Positions 36,133-45,202 are shown, counted from the stretch's first letter. The stretch: DNA of 51,667 bases from Patescibacteria group bacterium (GCA_023473595.1 JAMCYV010000025.1:1-51667), one strand, 5' to 3'. A program made the numbers and translations. The notes: a model not told the origin generated them from the letters alone.

Positions 36133-37131
36133 GTGAAAAAGGAAAAAATTAAAATTATAAGAAATGAAAAAGGGATAGCACTTCTTTGGTCTTTAGTGAC
36201 AATCTCTATTCTTCTGGCAATAGCGAGTTCAATGACTAACCTTATTATCAAAGAAAGCCAGCTTTCTACCAGCATTTCCGACTCAATAGGGGCTTATGCA
36301 GCGGCAGAATCTGGCATTCAGCATGGTTTGGCTATTTACAAAGATCAGAATTATTCAGGTGGTCCTTATACTTTAAATGGTAAAATGCTTGATCCTAGTG
36401 ACCAAAATATTAAATATGATTTAAAAATTACCAAAAACTCTGACACTAGTTATACCATTGAGTCTATCGGGTATAGCGGTAACACTATTAGAAAAATTGA
36501 AAGAACTATGGATCAATCATTAAATTCCCAGCCAAAAACCGGTGTTTATTCGAGTACAAGCCCTGTTTTAACTGCTAACGCGACCAAAACTCTATATACC
36601 CATCCCATAAATCCTTTCATTTTGACAAGCAATATTGACATTAATAACAAAAATTATAAGCAGACCTTCTTGCTTGATGTTACTAGCGCCGTTCCTAGCG
36701 GAAGATCAGTCGCTATTGGAGCCACTAATAATAATCAAGGGATATCTGTTAAGTTTTTTAGCAATGGCTATAGTTTGGTAATCGGAGATCCTATTGATAC
36801 CTATAATACCGTCGACAGACCATATACTCTAACTGCCGGAAACAAATACCGGGTTTATATTACTTATAAGAAGACGGTAGCTCAAGTAAGAATAAATCGA
36901 ATCAGTTATTCCTCGGGAGCCGAGGTTGAAAATTGCGGCGACATCCTGACTAAAAACGTTCCTTCAGCTCTAGTTCTCACGAATCCTTTTGATAAGATTT
37001 TCTTCTATAATAGTTCAGGAACAAGTACTTCTCCCGGGTTAGCCTGGGACGCAGCTACAAGCGAGTTGCAGTTCAAAAATAGGGCAGCAAATCTTGCTGG
37101 GATGTTCTATATGAGTCTTAGCATTGAGTAA
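36133..37131 (+). CDS. PilX-like pilus assembly protein
   Basis: NEKGIALLWSLVTISILLAIASSMTNLIIKESQLS. GTG start. Confidence 0.55.
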   Translation: MKKEKIKIIRNEKGIALLWSLVTISILLAIASSMTNLIIKESQLSTSISDSIGAYAAAESGIQHGLAIYKDQNYSGGPYTLNGKMLDPSDQNIKYDLKITKNSDTSYTIESIGYSGNTIRKIERTMDQSLNSQPKTGVYSSTSPVLTANATKTLYTHPINPFILTSNIDINNKNYKQTFLLDVTSAVPSGRSVAIGATNNNQGISVKFFSNGYSLVIGDPIDTYNTVDRPYTLTAGNKYRVYITYKKTVAQVRINRISYSSGAEVENCGDILTKNVPSALVLTNPFDKIFFYNSSGTSTSPGLAWDAATSELQFKNRAANLAGMFYMSLSIE

Positions 37132-38148
37132 TTATTTTGTTCTCTTCCGGTGATATTTTTGGTGAACTCCCCTTAATTTTTGATTGGTAATATGAGTATA
37201 AATCTGGGTAGTAGTAATTGAGGCATGGCCAAGCATCTCCTGGACGCTCCTAATGTCAGCACCGTTTACCAAAAGGTCAGTGGCAAAGGAGTGTCTTAAG
37301 ACATGGGGAGTGACTTTTTTTAAGATACCGGCTAAAGCGGCGTACTTCTTAATCATCCTTTGAATACTTCTTGATGTCAGTCTCAAGTATTCGCCTTCGT
37401 CAACTCCGCCTTTTGAAAATCGAACGAAGAGGGGTTCGAAATTGTCTTCTCTTTTATTTAGATAATTTTTAATGGAATCCTTGGCTCTCTCGGAAAGAAA
37501 TACGATTCTTTCTTTGCCTCCCTTACCTTTTATTAGAAGCTCTCCTCTATCTAGGTTTATCTGCTTCCTATTTAAAGAAACTAGCTCTGAAACCCGAAGC
37601 CCTGTTGAAAAAAGGGTTTCTAAGATTGCTTTGTCTCGAAGATAAATTAAAGTTTCTTTGGTTGTCATCCCGGCTTGCTTGCCCGTCTGAAGCGAAGCAA
37701 AAGAGGGTCCGGAATCTTGATTCCGGTCTCTCCCGACTTTCGTCGGGATCGCCAGAATGACTTGATAAGGTGCCGCTAAAATTCTTTCCACCTCATCAGC
37801 TTCTAAGAAGTCAATTGTCCTTTTTTCATTTGATCCCAGTTCAACTTTTTCAGCCGTTAAGGTAGGGATATCTCTTTTAGACAGATACTTTAGAAAAGCG
37901 CGAAGGGCGATAATATGGTAATTTTGGGTTATCTTTTTTAAACCTTTATTATCTTCTGTTGGATAACGGTTAAGAAAAAGGCGGTATTTTCTAATAAGTT
38001 CAGGGCTGATTTTATTAGGATTAATATCGCCGGCAAATTCGGTAAAACGGTTTAAATAATGTTCGTAATTTCGAATCGTTAAGACTGAACGGTTTTTTTC
38101 TACCTCTAAGTATTCGAGAAAATCGATTATGAGATCGTTGATATTCAT
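37132..38148 (-). CDS. Tyrosine recombinase XerC/XerD-like with an in-frame repeat-derived insertion
   Basis: SAM-like N domain (YLEVEKNRSVLTIRNY), TGLRVSELVSL, RHSFATDLL, LGHASITTTQIYTH. The ORF track extends it to 38193. Confidence 0.85.
   Translation of the reverse strand: MNINDLIIDFLEYLEVEKNRSVLTIRNYEHYLNRFTEFAGDINPNKISPELIRKYRLFLNRYPTEDNKGLKKITQNYHIIALRAFLKYLSKRDIPTLTAEKVELGSNEKRTIDFLEADEVERILAAPYQVILAIPTKVGRDRNQDSGPSFASLQTGKQAGMTTKETLIYLRDKAILETLFSTGLRVSELVSLNRKQINLDRGELLIKGKGGKERIVFLSERAKDSIKNYLNKREDNFEPLFVRFSKGGVDEGEYLRLTSRSIQRMIKKYAALAGILKKVTPHVLRHSFATDLLVNGADIRSVQEMLGHASITTTQIYTHITNQKLRGVHQKYHRKRTK
37664..37761. repeat. Composite palindromic element (GTCATCCCGG...CGCCAGAATGAC) inside the recombinase ORF
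   Basis: Contains the palindromes ccggaatc-tt-gattccgg (37709-37726) and tcccgac-tttc-gtcggga, plus the terminal inverted GTCATYC words. Confidence 0.75.
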
Positions 38149-38255
38149 AAAACAGTAAACAATTAACAGTAAACAAGAAATATTGTGCGACATAAATATT
38201 GTAGCATTTATGAGAACCTCTAGCTACTCAGAGCTAATCGCTATATACTATATTC

Positions 38256-39059
38256 ATGGGGATTTTACAGGCAATATTTTTAGGCGTAATCCAAGGGGCG
38301 ACCGAAATTTTGCCGATAAGCTCTTCCGGGCATTTGGTAATCGCTCCCTGGCTTTTTAATTTCAAGGATCCTGGGCTTTCTTTTGATATCGCCCTTCACC
38401 TGGGAACGTTACTTGCAATTCTTGTTTTCTTTTACAAAGATATTCAAAAAGTCCTCATGGGCGGGCTTAACATGCTTTTAGAAAGAAGAGTTGGAGAGAG
38501 CTATGAAAAGCTTTTTCTTTATATCCTAATTGCCACTATCCCCGGGGTTTTAGCCGGGGCTTTCCTGGAAAGCAAAGCAGAGACTCTTTTTAGAAGTCCG
38601 CTTCTTGTCGCTTTTTCGCTTTTTGCCTTTGCATTTGTCATCTTTTATGCCGATCGGTTTGCCAAAAACCCAAAGCCTTTGGAAAAGATGGATTTAAAAG
38701 ACAGTATTTTTATCGGTCTTTCGCAGGCTCTCGCTATCATCCCGGGGGTTTCCCGCTCCGGAGTGACTATTTCCGCCGGGCTTTTAAGAAAGTTAAATAG
38801 AGCAGACGCCGCCAGATTTTCTTTCCTCCTGGCGGTACCGATCATTCTGGGAGCGGCTCTTTATAATCTGCTGAAAATCGATGTTTCCACTCTTTTTTCG
38901 ACTTATTTTATTGCTGGGTTTTTAGCGTCGGCTGTCTCGGGATTTTTAGCGATTAAGTTTCTTGATAGTTTCCTAAAAACAAAGAACTTTAATTTATTTG
39001 TTTACTACCGAGTCTTTCTGGCAGCCGGCATAGTTATTATTTATTTCTACTTGAGATGA
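38256..39059 (+). CDS. uppP: Undecaprenyl-diphosphate phosphatase
   Basis: EILPISSSGHL, PGVSRSG, eight TM helices. Confidence 0.9.
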   Translation: MGILQAIFLGVIQGATEILPISSSGHLVIAPWLFNFKDPGLSFDIALHLGTLLAILVFFYKDIQKVLMGGLNMLLERRVGESYEKLFLYILIATIPGVLAGAFLESKAETLFRSPLLVAFSLFAFAFVIFYADRFAKNPKPLEKMDLKDSIFIGLSQALAIIPGVSRSGVTISAGLLRKLNRADAARFSFLLAVPIILGAALYNLLKIDVSTLFSTYFIAGFLASAVSGFLAIKFLDSFLKTKNFNLFVYYRVFLAAGIVIIYFYLR

Positions 39060-39664
39060 TTGAATTTTTGAGTAGCCTTATTATCCAAGCTATTAGTCAA
39101 TTCCGTTATTTTGCGGTCTTTGGCCTTATGTTTTTGGAAAGCGCCCTTATTCCTGTTCCCTCGGAAGTTGTAATGCCCTTTTCAGGATTTGTCTCTTTAA
39201 GCGGGACCTTAAATTTCTGGCTGGTGGTTTTCTTCGGGACCTTAGGGCAGATAACCGGCTCAGTCTTTATCTTCTATGTCGGAAAGTACGAAGGTCGAAG
39301 CCTCCTCGAAAAATACGGCAAATATATTCTGATCAAGAAAAAGGATATTGCCCACGCCGACCACCTCTTCCAAAAACATGGGGATGCTATTGTTTTTTTC
39401 GGCCGGCTGATTCCGGTAGTTAGGACATTCATTTCCCTGCCGGCCGGGGTTTCAAAAATGAAAGTTTCTAAATTTATCCTTTACTCTTCGGCTGGGATTT
39501 TGCCATGGACTCTTCTTTTTGCTTGGCTGGGAGTTAAAATGGGGGAGAGCTGGGTCAGACTCAAAGGATATTTCCATATTTTTGATGCTTTAATAATAGG
39601 CTTAATTGTGCTTTACTTTCTTTTAAAAGTTATAAGAAAGGCAAATGTTAGACAGAGTTCTTGA
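39056..39664 (+). CDS. DedA family membrane protein
   Basis: LESALIPVPSEVVMPF and GRLIPVVRTFISLPAG. ATGA overlap with uppP. Confidence 0.85.
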   Translation: MIEFLSSLIIQAISQFRYFAVFGLMFLESALIPVPSEVVMPFSGFVSLSGTLNFWLVVFFGTLGQITGSVFIFYVGKYEGRSLLEKYGKYILIKKKDIAHADHLFQKHGDAIVFFGRLIPVVRTFISLPAGVSKMKVSKFILYSSAGILPWTLLFAWLGVKMGESWVRLKGYFHIFDALIIGLIVLYFLLKVIRKANVRQSS

Positions 39665-40256
39665 TTTTTTAGGAGTATACGCTCAAAACTACGGGATTAT
39701 TATAGGTTTTAGCTTTGCAATGCTAGAGGATCTTATATTTTTAGGGGCAATTTTTCCTGGTGAGACAACTCTCCTCCTTCTGGGATTTTTTGCCGCCCAA
39801 GGAAAATTAAGTATTTTTTACCTTATTCCGGCGGTTATTTTGGGTTATCTTCTTGGCGATAATCTGGGCTACTATCTTGGTTATCATCACGGGAGAAAGT
39901 TTTTAAAAAAATTCGGCAAGTATTTTTTCTTTGAAGAAGATAAGCTTCATTTAGCTGAAGGGTTTTACAAAAGGCACGGATCGAAAACAGTTCTTTTAGG
40001 GAAATTGATTGGTTTTATCCGATCATTTGTGCCCTTTACTGCTGGAATGTCTAAGATGACTTATTCTAAGTTTTTCATTTTAGACTTTTTGGGAACTGTT
40101 TTAAGCGCCTTTTTCATTACTCTTTTAGGCTATTTCTTTGGCAGCAATTGGCGATTTGTCAAAACCACACTTGGAGATATCGGGATTATAGCTTTTATTT
40201 TTATTGCTATTATTATTTATAACTACTTAAAAAAAGTTAAAAGTGAAAGCGCATAG
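39645..40256 (+). CDS. DedA family membrane protein (second paralog)
   Basis: IFPGETTLLLLGF and GKLIGFIRSFVPFTAG. It overlaps the previous gene by 20 nt. Confidence 0.85.
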   Translation: MLDRVLDFLGVYAQNYGIIIGFSFAMLEDLIFLGAIFPGETTLLLLGFFAAQGKLSIFYLIPAVILGYLLGDNLGYYLGYHHGRKFLKKFGKYFFFEEDKLHLAEGFYKRHGSKTVLLGKLIGFIRSFVPFTAGMSKMTYSKFFILDFLGTVLSAFFITLLGYFFGSNWRFVKTTLGDIGIIAFIFIAIIIYNYLKKVKSESA

Positions 40257-41502
40257 AGAAATCCTAAAAAATGGCATAAGAGTTGTCGCTTATCCAACTC
40301 CAACAGAGTCTATATCTCTTATCGTGGGGGTTAAAGCCGGAGTAGTAAACGAGAATTTGAAAAATAATGGAATTTCGCATTTTTTTGAGCATATGGCCTT
40401 TAAAGGGACTTCAAAAAGACCTACAGCTTCAGAAATTTCCAGAGAAATAGACGAAATCGGCGCCGAAGTAAATGCTTACACTGAAAAAGATTATACAGAG
40501 TATTTTGTAAAAGCAAGGCCAATTCATTTTGAAAAGATCGCAGACCTTCTGGCCGATATAATATTTCAAGGCTTTTTTAGCGAAGAAGAGATAGAAAAGG
40601 AGAGAAATGTTATCTTTGAAGAAGAAAAAATTGGGATTGATGACCCAATTATTTTTTTAGAAGATCTTTTCTTAGAAACCCTTTTTAAGGGGACAACTTA
40701 CGCCTATAGGACCATAGGGACTAGAAAATCACTTTCTACTATCAAACGCAAGGATATTTTTGATTACCGGAAGGAATATTACATAGCCGAAAACACTATC
40801 ATCGCGGTTGCCGGAAAAATTCCCGAGGATTGGAAAGAAATTCTAGAAGAAAATTTTTCAGGGGTTTGCCGGGGTAAGCCGAAAGATATAAAAAAGCAAG
40901 AGAGAAAAACTGGAAAGCGTTTAGTTGTTAAAAAAAAGGAAATGAAACAAGCCAATCTGGCTTTAGGATTTCCTACCACAGGTTTTTTGAAACAGGATTA
41001 TATTGAAATTAATCTTCTTAGCAGTATCCTAGGCGGGAGCTTTAGTTCAAGGCTTTATACTGAGATTAGGGAAAAAAGAGGTTTGGCTTACAGTGTTAGA
41101 TCCTTTCCTTTTTATTTCAAAGAGACTGGGTATCTTCAGGTTTACGCCGGCGTAGCCCAAGAAAAAGTTGAAGAAACTTTAAGAATTATTTTATCTGAGC
41201 TTAATAAAATAAAAAAAGATATAACAGAAGCCGAACTTGAAAAAGGCAAAGAACAGCTTAGAAGCAGCCTGGTTTTGGGCTTTGAAGATACCTTAAGGCA
41301 AGCGGGATTAGCCTTAAGAAGAGAGATCTATGATTTAAGTCTTTTTTCTTTAGAAGAAGAAATCAAAAAAATTGATAAAGTCACTCTGGAACAGCTTTTT
41401 TCTAAAGCCGAAGAAATAATCGATTTCAACGAATTAAATCTCACTATTCTAGGCCCCTTTAAAGATGGCGAAAAATTTGCTAAAATATTAAATACTATTT
41501 AA
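40243..41502 (+). CDS. M16 family (pitrilysin/insulinase-like) metallopeptidase
   Basis: HxxEH motif in GISHFFEHMAFKGT. GTG start overlapping the dedA stop. Confidence 0.88.
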   Translation: MKAHREILKNGIRVVAYPTPTESISLIVGVKAGVVNENLKNNGISHFFEHMAFKGTSKRPTASEISREIDEIGAEVNAYTEKDYTEYFVKARPIHFEKIADLLADIIFQGFFSEEEIEKERNVIFEEEKIGIDDPIIFLEDLFLETLFKGTTYAYRTIGTRKSLSTIKRKDIFDYRKEYYIAENTIIAVAGKIPEDWKEILEENFSGVCRGKPKDIKKQERKTGKRLVVKKKEMKQANLALGFPTTGFLKQDYIEINLLSSILGGSFSSRLYTEIREKRGLAYSVRSFPFYFKETGYLQVYAGVAQEKVEETLRIILSELNKIKKDITEAELEKGKEQLRSSLVLGFEDTLRQAGLALRREIYDLSLFSLEEEIKKIDKVTLEQLFSKAEEIIDFNELNLTILGPFKDGEKFAKILNTI

Positions 41503-41509
41503 AAAGCCT

Positions 41510-42100
41510 ATGAATCCATTAAAAGAGAGGACTTTAATTTTAGTTAAGCCTGACGGGGTTAGAAGAGCGTTAATCGGGGAAGTCATTGCCCGATTTGAAA
41601 GAGTCGGGCTTAAGGTAGTCGGGATTAAGATGGTTAATCCCGATAGAGCTTTCATAGAGAAGCATTATCCCAGTAGCAAGGAATGGACTGTCGGCTTGGG
41701 ACAAAAAAGCCTGTCTGATTATGAGCAGTATAATCTTGATCCTGTAGAGCAAGTCGGGACTAAAGATCCTTATGAAGTTGGCAAGCTGGTAACCGGATGG
41801 CTTTTTGACTATATGTCTTCAGGCCCATCGGTAGCGATTGTCTTCGAAGGCAATCAAGCGGTAGCCATGGGGAGGAAAATTGTTGGGAATACTATTCCTT
41901 CCTTTGCCCCTACGGGGACGATAAGAGGCGATTTTGCCAAGGATTCTCCGATTCTCGCTAACCTTCGGAAAAGGGGAGTGAAAAATGTCGTCCATGCTTC
42001 AGGATCGATTGAGGAGGCAGAGTTTGAAATCAGCCATTGGTTTACTAAAAAAGAATTGGTAGAATACAAAAGAGCTGACGAAGAAGCAATGTTTGCTTAA
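41510..42100 (+). CDS. ndk: Nucleoside-diphosphate kinase (long form)
   Basis: ERTLILVKPDGVRRALIGEVIARFE, NVVHASGS. Confidence 0.9.
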   Translation: MNPLKERTLILVKPDGVRRALIGEVIARFERVGLKVVGIKMVNPDRAFIEKHYPSSKEWTVGLGQKSLSDYEQYNLDPVEQVGTKDPYEVGKLVTGWLFDYMSSGPSVAIVFEGNQAVAMGRKIVGNTIPSFAPTGTIRGDFAKDSPILANLRKRGVKNVVHASGSIEEAEFEISHWFTKKELVEYKRADEEAMFA

Positions 42101-42113
42101 AGGCAACGAATTT

Positions 42114-42135
42114 ATCCCGATGCTTCGATCGGGAT
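42114..42135. terminator. Hairpin after ndk (ATCCCGAT/ATCGGGAT), related to the palindromes in the recombinase insert
   Basis: atcccgat-gcttcg-atcgggat. No immediate T-run follows. Confidence 0.4.
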
Positions 42136-42253
42136 CCCGAACCTCTTTAATTTATTTTATTATTGTAACAATGGGACGAGTTTCTACGAATCTACTAATA
42201 TACGAATATCCAGTTATTGATAATTGATAATCGTGAATTATTAATTAAATTAT

Positions 42254-42330
42254 GGCCCCGTAGCTCAGTTGGATAGAGCGAGACACTCCTAACGTCTAGG
42301 TCGCAGGTTCAAATCCTGCCGGGGTCACCA
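42254..42330 (+). tRNA. tRNA-Arg (anticodon CCU), genomically encoded CCA
   Basis: A manual cloverleaf folds as follows. Acceptor ggccccg/cggggtc, D arm gctc-agttggata-gagc, anticodon arm agaca-ctCCTaa-cgtct, T arm gcagg-ttcaaat-cctgc, then discriminator a and cca. Confidence 0.9.
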
Positions 42331-42427
42331 GAAACAGCTTTCCTCTTTTGAGATGGCTATTTTTTAACCCTAAAGATGAGAATCTACTATATAATGGTTT
42401 ATAATATAAGTAAGATAAAAGGGTTAT

Positions 42428-42892
42428 ATGGATATACGGTTAGTTAAAGAAAAAGACTTAATTCAGTTAGCAACGGTTTATAAAAAAGCCTTTAATGGGA
42501 GTTCCTTTGCAGAAGATTGGACTGAAAAGACCGCTTTTGAATTTGTAAAATGGTTATTTGAAAAGCAAAAGGACTTATTTTTTATTGCAATTGAGAATGG
42601 TAAAATTGTAGGCGGAGTAGCTGCATTTGCTAAGCGTTGGTGGAACGGGATAAATCTTTCAGATCTCGAAATATTTGTTGAACCAAGTAGTCAGAAAAAA
42701 GGAGTTGGTTCTGCTCTCTTAAAGAGACTTTTAGAAGAATCTTTAAGAAAATATAATGTTACCTACATTGATGGACTGACGACAGGAGAAATAAGCTTTC
42801 CTTTAAATTGGTATCAAAAGCTGGGTTTTAAAAAAGATAATATGGTTCATATTTGGGCAGAAGTAAAGGATACTCTTAAGGAGTTATCATAA
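42428..42892 (+). CDS. GNAT family N-acetyltransferase
   Basis: VEPSSQKKGVGSALLKRLLEE. Confidence 0.8.
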   Translation: MDIRLVKEKDLIQLATVYKKAFNGSSFAEDWTEKTAFEFVKWLFEKQKDLFFIAIENGKIVGGVAAFAKRWWNGINLSDLEIFVEPSSQKKGVGSALLKRLLEESLRKYNVTYIDGLTTGEISFPLNWYQKLGFKKDNMVHIWAEVKDTLKELS

Positions 42893-42901
42893 TTCAGAGC
42901 T

Positions 42902-43382
42902 ATGTATTTTGAGCCGAAAAAAGACGAAGAATTAATTGAAATTGTAAGGAAAAGCCTTTTCACCCTTTTCCCGCCATTTTTTCAATCTTTTGCTTTATCC
43001 CTTCCGGCTGTTTACTTCCTGATTTATTTGGATATTCCGCTTCTGAATCTCGGTTCTTTTGTCTGGCTGGGTCCTGTCGGTCAGCTATATTTTTTTCAAC
43101 TGGTATGTCTGGTTTTTTGATGTCTATATTATAACCGATAAAAGAATCATTGAAGTGAAAAATAGAGGCGTTTTTTCGAGAGAAATTACCGAACTTCCAC
43201 TGGGAAAAATCGAAGATTTAAATTATAAGCTTACCGGTTTTTTTTCGACTCTTTTTGATTTCGGGACAATCAATCTTTTTTCAACTTCTAAGATGGATAT
43301 TATAATAAAAAACGTTCCTGACCCCAAGAGAATCCAAAACTTGATAAGGGAACTTAAGAGAGAGTCTTTTGTTGTTGAATAA
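42902..43382 (+). pseudogene. bPH/YdbS-like membrane protein apparently split by a frameshift (42902..43120 and 43059..43382)
   Basis: Fragment 1 holds the N-terminus and TM1. Fragment 2 holds TM2 plus WFFDVYIITDKRIIEVKNRGVFSREITELPLGKIEDL. The second frame is open only from 43047, and the T-run at 43054-43060 is the likely shift site. Confidence 0.5.
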
Positions 43383-43405
43383 AATTTGTTATAGTAAAGA
43401 TAGCT

Positions 43406-44350
43406 ATGGCTAAAAGGTTTAAAATACTAGTAGATAGAGAAGCAATTTCAGGAGCTCTTAAGAGGAATAAGTTTGCAACTGCTGTTTTTTCTCTGGCGGG
43501 AATCAGTCTTATTTTTTATCTGACTTTTGCTGTTGGGATTTATAAGTTTGGCTGGCAAGATAATTTTACTCGGAGAGTTGCTAGCATTCTTCCTTATCCG
43601 GTTGAAAAAGTCGGCGGCAAACTTGTTTTTTACGGGGATTATCTTTCAAAAGTCGATTTTTTCACGAGCTATCAGACAAATTTTAATAATGTCGATTTTA
43701 ATTCTGAAGCTGGTAAAAAGAAGATAGCGGAGATAAAAGCTACAGTTCTAAATCAGATGGCAGAAGACATCATTATTGCCGAGGAAGCCAAAAAAAGGAA
43801 CATTTCCGTTTCTCAAAAAGAGCTTGATGATTCCTTTAATGATCTTATAAAAAGCAATGGCGGCGAAGAAAGGGTTAAGGAAAATTTAAATAAATACTAT
43901 AGCGGGATGTCTCTTGCAGAATTTAAAGATCAATATGGAGATAAAATTTTAAGACAAAAACTGGCGGAAGTGGTCGTTTCCGATCCTGCTCTTCTTATGG
44001 ATGCCAAAAAGATAGCCGATGATGTTTTAGTTCAGGTAAAAAGCGGCGGAGATTTTGCGGTTCTTGCTAAAAAATATAGCCAGGATACTACGGCAGCTAA
44101 TGGTGGCGACCTCGGGTTTTTCTCTAAAGGAAAAATGGTCCCCGAATTTGAAAAAGCGGCTTTTGCTCTTTCGGTTGGCCAGACCAGCGATCTCGTTAAA
44201 ACCATTTATGGCTACCATATTATTAAATTAACCGAAGTAAAGGGCGATCAGATAAGGGCAAGCCATATTCTAATAAAAACTAAAGATTTCAATGACTGGC
44301 TTCAAGATCAGCTTAAAGCCTACAGCGTAAGAAGATATATAAAGTTTTAA
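43406..44350 (+). CDS. Parvulin-type peptidylprolyl isomerase (PrsA/SurA-like), membrane-anchored
   Basis: FAVLAKKYSQDTTAANGGDLGFFSKGKMVPEFEKAAF...YGYHIIK. Confidence 0.85.
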   Translation: MAKRFKILVDREAISGALKRNKFATAVFSLAGISLIFYLTFAVGIYKFGWQDNFTRRVASILPYPVEKVGGKLVFYGDYLSKVDFFTSYQTNFNNVDFNSEAGKKKIAEIKATVLNQMAEDIIIAEEAKKRNISVSQKELDDSFNDLIKSNGGEERVKENLNKYYSGMSLAEFKDQYGDKILRQKLAEVVVSDPALLMDAKKIADDVLVQVKSGGDFAVLAKKYSQDTTAANGGDLGFFSKGKMVPEFEKAAFALSVGQTSDLVKTIYGYHIIKLTEVKGDQIRASHILIKTKDFNDWLQDQLKAYSVRRYIKF

Positions 44351-44367
44351 CTTCAAAATTCAAGTTT

Positions 44368-44395
44368 AAAAATCCCCTTAAAGGGGATTTTTTAT
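44368..44395 (+). terminator. Rho-independent terminator
   Basis: aatcccc-ttaaa-ggggatt followed by tttt. Confidence 0.85.
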
Positions 44396-44536
44396 TTACT
44401 AGAAATTGGTAGGAAGACTTACAAATCTCTCTTCAAAAATCTTTCATATTTAAGACCTTCTCATAATTATATGTCTCTTTAGAGCGGTTAATATCGGAAT
44501 TGAAAATATGAAAACAATGGTAAGGAGGTGAGGCAA

Positions 44537-44698
44537 ATGGCAGGCCAAAAAGGAAAAATGACTGTTCAGGAAGCTGGCCGAAAAGGCGGCAGGGCCACAA
44601 GTTCTACTCGAGGCCGAGAGTTCTATCAAGAAATTGGAAGAAAAGGCGGCCAAAGAGTCAGGTCTCTCATAAATAAAGGGAAAAAAGCAGGTAGGTAA
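44537..44698 (+). CDS. KGG-repeat general stress protein (GsiB/YciG-like), 53 aa, not in the ORF track
   Basis: AAGGAGGTG lies upstream. Sequence: MAGQKGKMTVQEAGRKGGRATSSTRGREFYQEIGRKGGQRVRSLINKGKKAGR. Confidence 0.75.
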   Translation: MAGQKGKMTVQEAGRKGGRATSSTRGREFYQEIGRKGGQRVRSLINKGKKAGR

Positions 44699-44738
44699 TT
44701 ATTTGGCCAAATAATTAATGCATTAGGAAGGAGGAAAT

Positions 44739-44915
44739 ATGGTGGAAGAAAAAGGAAAAATGACTGTTGAAGAAGCCGGTAAAAAAGGCGGACAAAGAAC
44801 GAGTGAAACCCATGGAAGAGACTTTTATTCTGAAATCGGGAAAATGGGTGGCTCAAAAGGCGGCCAGAGAGTCAAAAGACTGATAGAAGAAGGTAAAGAA
44901 AGGGAACAGCGATAA
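44739..44915 (+). CDS. KGG-repeat general stress protein (GsiB/YciG-like), 58 aa, not in the ORF track
   Basis: GGAAGGAGG lies upstream. Sequence: MVEEKGKMTVEEAGKKGGQRTSETHGRDFYSEIGKMGGSKGGQRVKRLIEEGKEREQR. Confidence 0.75.
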   Translation: MVEEKGKMTVEEAGKKGGQRTSETHGRDFYSEIGKMGGSKGGQRVKRLIEEGKEREQR

Positions 44916-44946
44916 TACTAATTAATCAAATAGGGAGGTGAATAAT

Positions 44947-45168
44947 ATGGCAGAAGAAAAAGGAAAAATGACTGTTGAAGAAGCTGGCCGAAAAGGCGGC
45001 CAGACCACAAGCTCTACCAGAGGTCGAGAATTCTACCAAGAAATCGGGAAAAAGGGCGGAAGGACGACTAGCTCGACTCATGGCCGAGAATTCTACCAAG
45101 AAATCGGGCATAAAGGCGGCCAAAGGGTCCGATCATTAATTGAGGAAGGCAAAGAACAAGAGAGATAA
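44947..45168 (+). CDS. KGG-repeat general stress protein (GsiB/YciG-like), three repeats
   Basis: GGGAGGTG lies upstream of ATG 44947. The unit GRKGGQTTSSTRGREFYQEIG is repeated. Confidence 0.8.
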   Translation: MAEEKGKMTVEEAGRKGGQTTSSTRGREFYQEIGKKGGRTTSSTHGREFYQEIGHKGGQRVRSLIEEGKEQER

Positions 45169-45202
45169 TTAGTAGAGATTACTTTTCTAGGAAGGAGGAA
45201 AT

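Noticed and set aside
38149-38193. A 15-aa N-terminal extension of the recombinase (MSHNISCLLLIVYCF).
   Set aside because: The extension is a translation of TGTTTACTG-type intergenic words. The canonical Xer N-terminus begins at the internal Met (38148). A leaderless start at 38193 cannot be fully excluded.
37132-42330. The tyrosine recombinase plus tRNA-Arg considered as the boundary of an integrative element.
   Set aside because: The recombinase is XerC/D-like and lies about 4 kb from the tRNA. Housekeeping genes (uppP, dedA, M16, ndk) lie between them, and no direct repeat of the tRNA 3' end was seen.
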